The position numbers and the translations under genes are program-made. A model generated the notes under the pieces. That model saw only the letters and a program-made list of their open reading frames with translations. It was not told the origin of the DNA and did not search any database. Shown piece after piece: positions 1 through 11,908 of a stretch of 35,545 bases of DNA. Source of the stretch: an uncultured Gammaproteobacteria bacterium (GTDB lineage: Bacteria > Patescibacteriota > Patescibacteriia > JACRDY01); NCBI GenBank assembly GCA_964523165.1, contig CAZFXZ010000002.1, forward strand, positions 1-35,545. Direction: 5' to 3'. The stretch's first letter is position 1. Every line of letters starts with the position of its first letter.

Positions 1-197
1 GACCTCAAGCAATTTGGGCAGTACAATCTCTCTGAGCTGTACCACCGTGGCCGATCGGCCTGCGGTAAACGCCGCCAAGCGCTAACGGCCTCATCATGTC
101 GCCGTTCAGCCTGACGAGCTTTACCGGCTCGAAGATGTCGCCGCATACCACGTGAGGGGACTGACAGTCCGGCCTTTTTGCGTTGTGACCAACTCAA
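1..197. other. High-GC block (~59% GC by hand count over 1..180) at the window edge. It may be the 5' part of a minus-strand ORF (TTG at 197) that runs off the window.
   Basis: Hand counts give 57%, 62% and 58% GC for the three 60-nt lines, against ~43% in neighbouring genes. A perfect AAGGAGG (reverse complement of 204..210) lies 6 nt before a TTG at 197..195. That frame stays open to position 1 and reads MSWSQRKKAGLSVPSRGMRRHLRAGKARQAERRHDEAVSAWRRLPQADRPRWYSSERLYCPNCLR. However, the frame with the highest GC3 is a different, stop-interrupted frame. Confidence 0.25.
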
Positions 198-237
198 AAC
201 GCACCTCCTTAAAAATTCTTCTACTCTTTTAACATTA

Positions 238-1257
238 TTAGTTAGAAAAATCAACCGGCCAATCGGTTGGGACAATTTCCACCCAGGTCGAACCTCGGAC
301 TAATTTAATTTCTTGATTATTTTGGTCGTAAAAAATCGTCCGCCTGTCAGCCATATTTTTTTTCCAACTGCCCTCTATTTTGTCACCATTGTTGACGATA
401 ATAGCTCGACCTTGGCCAGAGGTAGTAATTTTTTGTCGACCGATAGCGTCGATTGTTTTAATATCGGCAAATTGCCAAATAACATTACTAGCCGACCAAA
501 CCGGATTATCACCCTGAGAACGTTGATAGGTATTACTTTGGACGTCATAACGCCAAATTATCTGATAAGTCGAAGACGGCGAATAATTAAAAGAGATTTG
601 GGTTGTGACGGGCGTGATCAGCGGACTAGCCTCGACAAATTGCCAAGGTCTAAACGTCGGCACTAAAGACAAGTCATGATCTTGATAATAGTTATTTAAA
701 TGGTCACTAGTGGTAAAAAGATTGTGTGGGGCATAAAGACGTTTGTCGCGATAAAAATAGCTGCCGTTATAAAATTCATTAACATCCGTAATGCCTGAGG
801 ATTGTAATTTTTGCAAAGCTTCCGGGCTGCCACCGCTGTGCCAATAGCTAGCGCCATACTCATCCGCCCAATCGACAAAATATGGCCGAGCCGATCGGAC
901 CGGGCCGATTTTTGGACTATTATCATCTAGGCTAAAAATGGCCAGCAAGCGACTAATCGCACCTTCGACCGGCGCTTCATAAACCACAGCCGCCTGATCC
1001 AAGCCAACTTGCGGCCAAGCGTCAAAATGGTTATCGATCATCACCGCCGCCACAGCCGATGAAACTTTAGATTCATCTTCGACTAAAACTCCGTCAATCA
1101 AACGAGGATAGGCAACGACTGGTTTGACTGTCGGTGATGATAAATCAGTAATATTTGCGGACTGATCAAAATAATAAAAAACAAAAAGAGCGGCTAGGCC
1201 GACTAGCCCAACCGCTCCAATGATTAACCAAATTTTTTTATTCAGACTTTTTTTCAT
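238..1257 (-). CDS. DUF3048-domain secreted or membrane-anchored protein
   Basis: I chose the internal ATG at 1257 (MKKSLNKKIWLIIGAVGLVGLAALF, an N-terminal TM/signal anchor). The longer ORF to 1443 would overlap most of the L25 C-terminus. Motifs AVMIDNH...AAVVYEAPVEGAISRLLAIF...GPVRSARPYF are typical of DUF3048. Confidence 0.75.
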   Translation of the reverse strand: MKKSLNKKIWLIIGAVGLVGLAALFVFYYFDQSANITDLSSPTVKPVVAYPRLIDGVLVEDESKVSSAVAAVMIDNHFDAWPQVGLDQAAVVYEAPVEGAISRLLAIFSLDDNSPKIGPVRSARPYFVDWADEYGASYWHSGGSPEALQKLQSSGITDVNEFYNGSYFYRDKRLYAPHNLFTTSDHLNNYYQDHDLSLVPTFRPWQFVEASPLITPVTTQISFNYSPSSTYQIIWRYDVQSNTYQRSQGDNPVWSASNVIWQFADIKTIDAIGRQKITTSGQGRAIIVNNGDKIEGSWKKNMADRRTIFYDQNNQEIKLVRGSTWVEIVPTDWPVDFSN

Positions 1258-1903
1258 CAGTCGCCTTATTGTCGTCGGTTTTTTCACCTTCTTTTTTGTC
1301 ATCAGTAGCCACCGGAGCTTCGACTGGGACAACCACTTCTTCGGCTCGCGGCTCAGACACCAAGGCCACAGCAATATCGGGAGCGGTGACGATTTCAATA
1401 CCTTCGGGTACAACCAAATCGGCCACGTGAATAACTTGATCAAAGCCTTTTAGACCCGAAACGTCAACGGTAATTTCTTTGACCAAAGCTGTTGGCAAAC
1501 AACGCACTTCAACTTCATCTAAGTTGTGGACCAAGACTCCCCCCAACTCAGTGACGGCTGAGGACACCCCGACCAAAACCAACGGCACGGTGGCGGTGAT
1601 TTTTTTGGTCATATCAACTTTATACAAATCAGCGTGAATGACAACGTGTTTGACTGGATCATATTGGACATCTTGGATCAAAACTTGACCCAAATCTTTG
1701 TCATCAATAGATAAGTTTAACAAAGTTGTCGAGCCGGCGATTTTGAACAAACGATCAAAATCATTTTGACTAACCGACAAATTTTGAGCTTCTTTAACAT
1801 CATAACCGTACAAGACGGCCGGCATTAAACCTTGATCGCGCAAATCAGCTACGGCCTTACCGGTAGCTTGACGAGTTTTGGCTTGGAGTTTTAATTCTGA
1901 CAT
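1238..1903 (-). CDS. rplY: 50S ribosomal protein L25 / general stress protein Ctc
   Basis: The N-terminus MSELKLQAKTRQATGKAVADLRDQGLMPAVLYG is canonical L25/Ctc. It has a long acidic/Lys-rich C-terminal tail. Confidence 0.9.
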   Translation of the reverse strand: MSELKLQAKTRQATGKAVADLRDQGLMPAVLYGYDVKEAQNLSVSQNDFDRLFKIAGSTTLLNLSIDDKDLGQVLIQDVQYDPVKHVVIHADLYKVDMTKKITATVPLVLVGVSSAVTELGGVLVHNLDEVEVRCLPTALVKEITVDVSGLKGFDQVIHVADLVVPEGIEIVTAPDIAVALVSEPRAEEVVVPVEAPVATDDKKEGEKTDDNKATDEKKSE

Positions 1904-1944
1904 ATAAAAAAAGAAAACTTTACACTAAATTTCCTAGTAAAAAA

Positions 1945-2304
1945 CTAGCGGCAGAAGTGTATCACATTATCGAAATTTTGCAAGTCCTGATAAATATTGA
2001 GGACATCGTCCTCGCTAATTGGCTGGCCAGCGCGATATTTATAAACCTCATTGATTGACAGGTCAGTCAAGAGGCCAACAGTGCTGACGCCCAGTGGATG
2101 AGCCAAAATCAAGGCCAAAATTGAGCTGGCGCAAGTCCGACATTTGATATAGACCAACTGCGCATCTTCACGTTGCTCCAAAATCTTGGCTTCGAGCAAA
2201 TTGTAATTACTGTCACACAATGGACAATAAGAAACCACTCGTGAATTTCCTGGAGAAAATTGACGGCGGGCTCCGGCTGATTTGTGTTGATCGTTATGAT
2301 CCAT
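1945..2304 (-). CDS. Hypothetical small zinc-ribbon protein (CxxC...CxxC)
   Basis: 119-aa ORF with CPLC and CRTC pairs about 30 aa apart. It has clean intergenic spacing between the RodA-like gene and rplY. I recognise no family. Confidence 0.55.
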   Translation of the reverse strand: MDHNDQHKSAGARRQFSPGNSRVVSYCPLCDSNYNLLEAKILEQREDAQLVYIKCRTCASSILALILAHPLGVSTVGLLTDLSINEVYKYRAGQPISEDDVLNIYQDLQNFDNVIHFCR

Positions 2305-2347
2305 ACTTAAAAATCATCATAACAAAATTTAGCTCGGATCGTCAATT

Positions 2348-3466
2348 TTAACTACGACGATAAACGCTTTGCGCGATACCCAACATGGCAAAAGTCAAAA
2401 TCAGCGAACTGCCACCATAACTAATCAACGGCAAAGTGACTCCGGTGACCGGCGCGATGCCCAAAGTCACGGCGATATTTAAAACAATTTGACTAAATAG
2501 CAAGGCGATGATACCGACGACCAAAAACAAACCAAAATTGTCGTGAGTTTTTTTGGCAATATTGAGTAAGCGACTGAGTAATAAGAAAAATAGAGCCAGC
2601 GTCAAAAAGACGCCGAGCAAACCCAAACCTTCGGCGATGACGGCAAAAATGAAGTCCGTCTGGGCAGCCGGCAAGAAGTTCAATTGACTTTGACTGCCAA
2701 AGCCCAAGCCACGACCCCAGAGTTGACCAGAGCCAATGGCAATCATGGACTGATTGACGTTGTAGCCAGTCCCGAGCGGATCGGCGGCTGGATTAACAAA
2801 AGTGGCCAAACGATCTTTTTGATATGGTGCAAAAACCCCATACCAACCGATCAGTAAAGCCATGATCGCCAAACCAGCAAAAAGTAAAAGGTGTCTAGGC
2901 CGTGGTCCGATCGCCACGACAAAACCAGACCAAATCAAAATCAACAAAAAAGCCGAACCAAAATCTGGCTGTAACAAAACTAGTACGACCGGCACGGCCG
3001 TCAGCAACCCGGCTAATACGAAATGTCGCAATTGATTGAGTGGCCAAGATTGTTGGCTAAAAAATCTGGCCAACGTGATGACTAAAATTATTTTCAAAGC
3101 TTCAACCGGCTGAAAATTGAATGGGCCGATCACAAACCAACCTTGGGTGCCACGTAAGGTCGTACCAAAAATCAAAACTCCAATCAACAACAGCAAGCCA
3201 CCGCCGTAAATCCAATAAGCGTAACGTTCAAAGATTTTATAATCAAAAATTGCGAAAAACAAAAAAACCACCAAACCTAAAGCCAAAGCGATGCTTTGTC
3301 GGATCAAGTTGTCCCAGACCGGACTATCGGTAGCCACGGCCAAACTATATAAAGCCGCCAAACTAACCAACGACAACAACAGGCCGGCCAACACAATTCC
3401 CCAGTCAAACCTTCGCCACAACTGCACTTTGATAAAACCCACAATAATTTTATTTAAGCTCGCCAC
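2348..3466 (-). CDS. rodA: SEDS-family peptidoglycan polymerase, FtsW/RodA/SpoVE family (RodA-like paralog outside the dcw block)
   Basis: 372-aa multi-TM protein with SEDS signatures (NFQPVEALKI, QPDFGSA, AAQTDFIFAVIAEGLG, PLISYGGSS). A second paralog sits in the dcw cluster. Confidence 0.75.
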   Translation of the reverse strand: MASLNKIIVGFIKVQLWRRFDWGIVLAGLLLSLVSLAALYSLAVATDSPVWDNLIRQSIALALGLVVFLFFAIFDYKIFERYAYWIYGGGLLLLIGVLIFGTTLRGTQGWFVIGPFNFQPVEALKIILVITLARFFSQQSWPLNQLRHFVLAGLLTAVPVVLVLLQPDFGSAFLLILIWSGFVVAIGPRPRHLLLFAGLAIMALLIGWYGVFAPYQKDRLATFVNPAADPLGTGYNVNQSMIAIGSGQLWGRGLGFGSQSQLNFLPAAQTDFIFAVIAEGLGLLGVFLTLALFFLLLSRLLNIAKKTHDNFGLFLVVGIIALLFSQIVLNIAVTLGIAPVTGVTLPLISYGGSSLILTFAMLGIAQSVYRRS

Positions 3467-4334
3467 TATCCGCTATAGGCAGCCGAAAAACAGCCCGATC
3501 CAAAATATTAATGTCGGGTATTACTTTGACGCTGGTGACTGAACTAATATTACTAAACCAATTGATGGCAAAATTTTTGGTTTGGCCGGACAAAAATTCT
3601 TCATCGAGCAAATAATTTATACCAACCAGTTGACTGCCGCGATATAACAGCACATACCAACCAATCGTCCAATAGTCATAAGCACTGTTGTTTTTGACAC
3701 TAAAGCGAGTCTGGGAAACGCTGGGGTTGCCCAAGCCGGCCGTTTGGCTATCAACATGAGCCAGGTCAAAAATCTCCACTTGCAAAACTTGATTGCGATA
3801 ATTTTCATAATCCGGAGCTTTTTTCCAAGACAAATCATCAATGACCAAATCAACATTGCGCGGTGCGGTAATGCTGTTTACAGCCAAATCAACAATTGGC
3901 TTTTCATCTAACGGCAAAATAAAAGTTTGTAATTTTTTACCAACATAATCACCGGCCCCGACAAAATGATATTCAATTTTTGCCAACCAAGCGGCGTTGG
4001 GATTTTTAGCATTAGCCAAAAAATCATAACGTCCGGCCGTCCCGGCCAAAACTTGCGGGTTGGCCACCGCCAAATCTTGGGGCTGATGAGCATTTTTGTA
4101 AGTCGTCATGTCGTAACCGCTGATCGTCATTTGACTAATCATGTCGCGATAACGATTGGCGCTCAAAACATAATAATCCAGCCAGCCGTATAAACTATAA
4201 CCCCACAATACAACATTAAGAAAGATCAAAATGCCGACGGTCGTTCGCCAAATATTTTGTTGATTGACAAAAATCCAGCGACTGAAACCAAACTGTCGTG
4301 GTGACAAACCGCCAATTATTTGTGGATCGTTCAT
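3450..4334 (-). CDS. Hypothetical single-pass membrane protein with a beta-rich extracytoplasmic domain
   Basis: I chose the ATG at 4334 (MNDPQIIGG...). The longer track ORF would run over the TGTTACAAT promoter motif. There is one TM helix (TVGILIFLNVVLWGYSLYGWL). The gene overlaps the rodA-like start by 17 nt. Confidence 0.6.
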   Translation of the reverse strand: MNDPQIIGGLSPRQFGFSRWIFVNQQNIWRTTVGILIFLNVVLWGYSLYGWLDYYVLSANRYRDMISQMTISGYDMTTYKNAHQPQDLAVANPQVLAGTAGRYDFLANAKNPNAAWLAKIEYHFVGAGDYVGKKLQTFILPLDEKPIVDLAVNSITAPRNVDLVIDDLSWKKAPDYENYRNQVLQVEIFDLAHVDSQTAGLGNPSVSQTRFSVKNNSAYDYWTIGWYVLLYRGSQLVGINYLLDEEFLSGQTKNFAINWFSNISSVTSVKVIPDINILDRAVFRLPIADSGELK

Positions 4335-4343
4335 AGCGAATTT

Positions 4344-4352
4344 ATTGTAACA
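4344..4352 (-). promoter_or_regulatory. Extended -10 promoter element TGTTACAAT
   Basis: The reverse complement of 4344..4352 is TGTTACAAT. It ends 9 nt before the ATG at 4334, implying a near-leaderless mRNA. The same 9-mer recurs upstream of two other minus-strand genes. Confidence 0.45.
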
Positions 4353-4425
4353 CAAACCGGCCAAAAACCCAAGGAAACAACGGGGTCGGGCGGCCGATTT
4401 GGGACTGGAAAAAACCAATCAAGTG

Positions 4426-4434
4426 TGCTAAAAT
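4426..4434 (+). promoter_or_regulatory. Extended -10 promoter element TGCTAAAAT upstream of gyrB
   Basis: TGC+TAAAAT lies 25 nt before the gyrB ATG, in the divergent intergenic region. Confidence 0.45.
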
Positions 4435-4456
4435 GAACCTATCATTTGTAATATAA

Positions 4457-7923
<3,467 letters not shown>

Positions 7924-7930
7924 GATTAAA

Positions 7931-8188
7931 TTATTTTTTGCCCAACCAGCGGCGCCACAGACTTCTTTTTTTGGTGTGGATCAAGTGAATCAATTCAAAC
8001 AAAGCCACGGCCATAAAGATCAGTTGTAAAATAAAAAATATCAAATCCCCACGATAAAAACTGTAAATCAAAAGTAAAGCGCCGGCCAAAATAAACCACA
8101 TGTCTTGATGTTTTTCTTGGCTAGATAGCACTCCGCCAATCATAGCCAAAATACCCAAGGCCCCTAAAGTTAAAAATAAAATTTCCAT
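7931..8188 (-). CDS. Small 3-TM membrane protein, unknown function
   Basis: 85-aa hydrophobic ORF with a basic tail. A TGCTATTAT motif (reverse complement of 8219..8227) lies upstream. Confidence 0.5.
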   Translation of the reverse strand: MEILFLTLGALGILAMIGGVLSSQEKHQDMWFILAGALLLIYSFYRGDLIFFILQLIFMAVALFELIHLIHTKKRSLWRRWLGKK

Positions 8189-8243
8189 ATATTTTTGTTT
8201 TAATTAAAAGCTATTTATATAATAGCACATTTTGGCGGTTTTT

Positions 8244-9152
8244 TTATACAGCGTTATTTAACAAAATTATGCCGACAATCACAATGATTAGAGCTAATGA
8301 TTTGATAGCCAGATTTTTTTTATCCGTTTCTTCAGCCAAAGCTTGCGGTCGCCAAAAAGCGATCAGTAATGTCAAAGCAAAAACCATCAAACTCTGCGAA
8401 CCTTCGAGGGCAAAGACTAGTGCGGCCGGGCCCAAAGACAAAGCCCAATGGCTAAATAACGCCGCGTACAGACCAACGGCGATACTGATAACGATAGCCA
8501 AAATAATTTTTAACGGCAGTTGCTTAGCTGAGATCATAAAATCACGACGCAGGGGCCGGTACAGTAAAGCTAAACTAGAAAACATAATCCAAAACAATGC
8601 TGTCAAAACCAAAACGTCGGTAAATGGCGCTTGTTGGACGGCAAAACGCGTGATGACGATGCCGATAGCATAAAAGAAACAGCTAATCAGCATAAAACCT
8701 AAGCCTCGTGAAAAACGCAAAATTTGCCGACCGGCTTTAATATGAAAAGATGCCACCAAAGCTCCAAGCAGCAAGACGACAAAAGCCATGAATTGCTGAA
8801 TTGTTAGACTTTCACCCAACGTCAACCAGCTGATGATCAAAACATAAACTGGGATTAGCGCCCACCAAATATTTATCCGTGATATTTCTTCAACACTGAC
8901 AGCTTTGTAATAAAAAAGTGAACCAATGATATTTACCACCACCATCAAAAACATCCAGATGATCACTTCCGTTGTCGGCCAAGCAAAATCAATGAACGGT
9001 AAAAGCGTGATCACGGCCAAATCAGCCAAACCCGCCCAAACAAAATAAACCCAAATATTGGGCAGATGATTTTTGATAATATATTTATCAACGATATTAC
9101 CAAAAGCCCAACCGAGGTGCGATAACAAGCCCAACCAAATCCACAGAGCCAT
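8244..9152 (-). CDS. EamA/DMT-family transporter
   Basis: 302 aa with about 10 TM helices and a two-repeat architecture typical of the drug/metabolite transporter superfamily. Confidence 0.8.
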   Translation of the reverse strand: MALWIWLGLLSHLGWAFGNIVDKYIIKNHLPNIWVYFVWAGLADLAVITLLPFIDFAWPTTEVIIWMFLMVVVNIIGSLFYYKAVSVEEISRINIWWALIPVYVLIISWLTLGESLTIQQFMAFVVLLLGALVASFHIKAGRQILRFSRGLGFMLISCFFYAIGIVITRFAVQQAPFTDVLVLTALFWIMFSSLALLYRPLRRDFMISAKQLPLKIILAIVISIAVGLYAALFSHWALSLGPAALVFALEGSQSLMVFALTLLIAFWRPQALAEETDKKNLAIKSLALIIVIVGIILLNNAV

Positions 9153-9182
9153 AATTTTATAAAATAATATTCCCCCACTATC

Positions 9183-9253
9183 CTCGGGGACTAGGATTTG
9201 AACCTAGATTCACGGCTTCAAAGGCCGCTGTCCTACCATTAGACGATCCCCGA
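9183..9253 (-). tRNA. tRNA-Gln (anticodon UUG)
   Basis: I folded the cloverleaf by hand. Acceptor is TCGGGGA/TCCCCGA with the U1:A72 pair typical of bacterial tRNA-Gln. Anticodon arm is GCGGC-CTTTGAA-GCCGT and T arm is CTAGG-TTCAAAT-CCTAG. CCA is not encoded. Confidence 0.9.
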
Positions 9254-9275
9254 GGATAATGAGGGAACGGACGCT

Positions 9276-9304
9276 AGTTTATGGGATTATTAAAAAGCTG
9301 TCAA
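9276..9304 (-). promoter_or_regulatory. Sigma70-type promoter TTGACA-N17-TAAACT for tRNA-Gln
   Basis: The reverse complement gives TTGACA (9304..9299), a 17-nt spacer and TAAACT (9281..9276). The promoter lies 22 nt upstream of the tRNA 5' end. Confidence 0.6.
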
Positions 9305-9307
9305 ACC

Positions 9308-10222
9308 TCAAACTCGCAAATATCGACGCGTGGCGATCAAGGCGCTTAGCACATTAAGCAAACTAATAGCCAAGAGCTCACAACCAAAGATAAAGATGGC
9401 GTGTTGATTAAAATAACCAAGCAATTGCCAATCACTACCCGATAACAAACCGTTGATATAAGGTTGTAAAAATCCCAATAAAGGATAAAGTACAATGATC
9501 GTGATCAGCGTCGCCGACAAACCATACATCACACCCTCGATGACAAACGGCAAGCGCACAAACCAGTTCGTCGCTCCAACCAATTTCATCATACCGATTT
9601 CTTCACGGTGCGTATAAATCGCCACCCGGACCGTATTAAAGACGATCAAGCCAGCGATGATGGTAAAGACGATGATTATCCCACCGCCGATTTGTCTGAT
9701 GCGCTCGGTGATGGACGACAATACTTCGACGATCAGTTGTCGATCTTTATAATCTTTACTAGTGATAAGCTTATTGTATTCTGGGCGATCTAAAGCCGCC
9801 AAAATCGTCGGATAGTCATCAAGCTGTCGGGCCCTAATTTCCAAAACTGCCCCCAAAGGATTGCTAGACAAATGATCCAAAGCTTGCAAGATTGAAGGCT
9901 CATTAGCATGACGAGCCTTAAAATCGGCAATGGCTTGATCTCGAGAAATGTAATTCACGGCGGCGATTTCTGACAAATCTGATAGATCTTTTTTGATGGT
10001 CAAGATTTTTTCTTCCGGGACATCATTTTGAAAATGTAAACTAATATCAACCTTATCTTGGACCATAGCGCTAGCCGCCCCAGTCACGGCGTTGACAGCC
10101 ACAACAAAGTTAACCGACAACAACGTCAAGATCAAAATGGTGATCGTGGCGATCGACAACCAAATATTACGATAAAAATCTTGCCAGGCAAATTTGAGAG
10201 TGCGCAAAAAAGCATTAATCAT
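9308..10222 (-). CDS. ftsX: Cell division permease-like protein FtsX
   Basis: 304 aa with an N-terminal TM helix, an extracytoplasmic domain and 3 C-terminal TM helices. It lies immediately downstream of ftsE. Confidence 0.85.
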   Translation of the reverse strand: MINAFLRTLKFAWQDFYRNIWLSIATITILILTLLSVNFVVAVNAVTGAASAMVQDKVDISLHFQNDVPEEKILTIKKDLSDLSEIAAVNYISRDQAIADFKARHANEPSILQALDHLSSNPLGAVLEIRARQLDDYPTILAALDRPEYNKLITSKDYKDRQLIVEVLSSITERIRQIGGGIIIVFTIIAGLIVFNTVRVAIYTHREEIGMMKLVGATNWFVRLPFVIEGVMYGLSATLITIIVLYPLLGFLQPYINGLLSGSDWQLLGYFNQHAIFIFGCELLAISLLNVLSALIATRRYLRV

Positions 10223-10225
10223 AAA

Positions 10226-10906
10226 TTACAAAGTATATTTACCAGTTTTTTGATCTTTAATAATTTGTCCATTTTCAATAGTCACTACCCGTTTTTTTAA
10301 ATAGTTGACAACATCTTTATCGTGGGTAACCATCACCACCGTCGTACCAAATTCGTTAATCTTGAGCAAAATGTCGGCGATTTCCCGAGTGTTGATAGCG
10401 TCTAAATTACCAGTCGGCTCATCGGCTAATAAAATTTTGGGTCGATGGACCAAAGCTCGAGCGATCGCCACGCGTTGCGCTTCACCACCCGACAATTGCT
10501 TGGGGTAATTGTCCATTTTACTTTCCAGGCCGACTATTTTCAAAACCTGCGGCACGACTGAAGCAATACGCGCGTCCGAAGCTCCGCAAACTTCCAAGGC
10601 AAAGGCCACGTTTTCGTAAGCGGTTTTTTGCGGTAAAAGTTTAAAATCTTGAAACACTACGCCGATCTGCCGGCGTAGGTGCGGCACGTCGGTATGCTTG
10701 ATATCAGTAATATCCCAACCGCCAATAACAATCTTGCCTTCATCGGGGCGTTCTTCGGCAATCATCAATCGGACAAATGTCGTTTTGCCACTACCACTCT
10801 GGCCAACCAAAGAAACAAACTCCCCCGGCTTGATGTGCAAGCTGACCTTTTTCAAAGCCGCCACGTTGGGCGGATAAATTTTGGAAACGTTTTTGTATTC
10901 AATCAT
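10226..10906 (-). CDS. ftsE: Cell division ATP-binding protein FtsE
   Basis: ABC ATPase with Walker A GQSGSGKTT, signature LSGGEAQRVAIARAL and Walker B ILLADEPTGNLD. It is paired with ftsX. Confidence 0.9.
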   Translation of the reverse strand: MIEYKNVSKIYPPNVAALKKVSLHIKPGEFVSLVGQSGSGKTTFVRLMIAEERPDEGKIVIGGWDITDIKHTDVPHLRRQIGVVFQDFKLLPQKTAYENVAFALEVCGASDARIASVVPQVLKIVGLESKMDNYPKQLSGGEAQRVAIARALVHRPKILLADEPTGNLDAINTREIADILLKINEFGTTVVMVTHDKDVVNYLKKRVVTIENGQIIKDQKTGKYTL

Positions 10907-11688
10907 AACGTATCGGGTAGAGATAGGAGCTGGACTTTAACATTGATAATCCCTTGAGAAGTCTTGGCGATTTTTTTGAAAGCTAAAATATCCAAATCAA
11001 TAGCCCGCTTGGGATGTATGGCGCGCTCTGGACCAAAATCATTTACTTTGACTTCGACAGTTTTTTGATTGTCGAGATTAGTCACTAATAGTTTACTGCC
11101 TTTGGGGTAATCGGGCGAGGCCGCGCAGTCACAATTTTTATATCGATACCAACTGGCCTGACCGACGTTTAAAGCCTGAGAGTCGTCATAGCCTAAAACT
11201 AAAAATCTGGCGTAGGGCAGATGAAAAAAAGCTCGGACAAAATATTTATCATCTTCTTTGACAATGGTTGTGGGTAATTCTTGCCAATCCTGACCGGACC
11301 AAAAATACAAACCGACAAAATTAGCTAGTGAGGAAAATTCCATTTGGACGACGATTGGCTTTTTTTGGTCGTAAGCGGTTTTGTCGGCAATATCAAACTC
11401 CCAATAATCAGTCAGTGGTTTGCGACCAACGGGCAAAGGCTGGTCGACGACCGAACGTTTTTTTAAAATAAAGTCAGTCGGTTTGGATAAAACGTTGGGG
11501 AAAACGCCCAGACGAAAAGTATTGTCTGCAGAAGCCAAAGTATGGCCCTTAGCTACTAAAGATGAGTCAAAATTAACCGTGGATATTTCCACTTCAGGCA
11601 CAACTGTTTGGGCCTTGACCGGATAAGCGCCGAGGCCGCAAAGCAACAAGATCAGGCTAATAAATATTGATTTTTGTTGACTAGTCAT
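10903..11688 (-). CDS. Secreted protein with a C-terminal RlpA-like double-psi beta-barrel domain
   Basis: I chose the ATG at 11688 (MTSQQKSIFISLILLLCGLGAYPVKAQ, a signal peptide). The longer track ORF would read through tRNA-Gly. The C-terminus GQASWYRY...VTNLDNQKTVEVKVNDFGP...AIDLDILAFKKI resembles RlpA/DPBB. Confidence 0.7.
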   Translation of the reverse strand: MTSQQKSIFISLILLLCGLGAYPVKAQTVVPEVEISTVNFDSSLVAKGHTLASADNTFRLGVFPNVLSKPTDFILKKRSVVDQPLPVGRKPLTDYWEFDIADKTAYDQKKPIVVQMEFSSLANFVGLYFWSGQDWQELPTTIVKEDDKYFVRAFFHLPYARFLVLGYDDSQALNVGQASWYRYKNCDCAASPDYPKGSKLLVTNLDNQKTVEVKVNDFGPERAIHPKRAIDLDILAFKKIAKTSQGIINVKVQLLSLPDTL

Positions 11689-11695
11689 ATATACT
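11667..11695 (+). promoter_or_regulatory. Sigma70-type promoter TTGATT-N17-TATACT for the tRNA-Gly/tRNA-Thr pair
   Basis: Hexamers lie at 11667..11672 and 11690..11695 with an exact 17-nt spacer. The -10 ends 12 nt before the tRNA-Gly 5' end. The promoter overlaps the start codon of the divergent minus-strand CDS. Confidence 0.55.
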
Positions 11696-11707
11696 GCTTG
11701 CGAGTTC

Positions 11708-11781
11708 GCGGGATTAGTACAATGGTAGTATACGTCCTTCCCAAGGATGAGACGGGGGTTCGATTCCCCTATCCCGCTCCA
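11708..11781 (+). tRNA. tRNA-Gly (anticodon CCC), CCA encoded
   Basis: Acceptor GCGGGAT/ATCCCGC, anticodon arm CGTCC-TTCCCAA-GGATG, T arm GGGGG-TTCGATT-CCCCT and a terminal TCCA. Confidence 0.92.
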
Positions 11782-11806
11782 TAATGTACTTGTTTGCGAG
11801 ATGTCG

Positions 11807-11882
11807 GCCACCTTAGCTCAGCTGGTAGAGCAATCCCTTCGTAAGGGAGAGGTCGTCGGTTCGATTCCGACAGGTGGCTCCA
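11807..11882 (+). tRNA. tRNA-Thr (anticodon CGU), CCA encoded
   Basis: Acceptor GCCACCT/AGGTGGC, D arm AGCTCAGCTGGTAGAGC, anticodon loop TTCGTAA, T arm GTCGG-TTCGATT-CCGAC and a terminal TCCA. Confidence 0.92.
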
Positions 11883-11908
11883 CTTCTCAAACAAAACCTC
11901 AACGCGAA

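Noticed and set aside
1258-1443. N-terminal extension of the DUF3048 ORF (track ORF 238..1443)
   Set aside because: The extension would overlap about 200 nt of the L25 coding sequence in another frame. The internal ATG at 1257 gives a typical Lys-rich N-terminus plus TM anchor.
4335-4418. 28-codon N-terminal extension of the 3450..4418 ORF
   Set aside because: It would cover the TGTTACAAT promoter motif and the divergent gyrB promoter region. The ATG at 4334 precedes the conserved-looking start.
11689-11811. N-terminal extension of the RlpA-like ORF (track ORF 10903..11811)
   Set aside because: The extension is the reverse-strand shadow of tRNA-Gly (GIGESNPRL-type translation). The ATG at 11688 gives a proper signal peptide.
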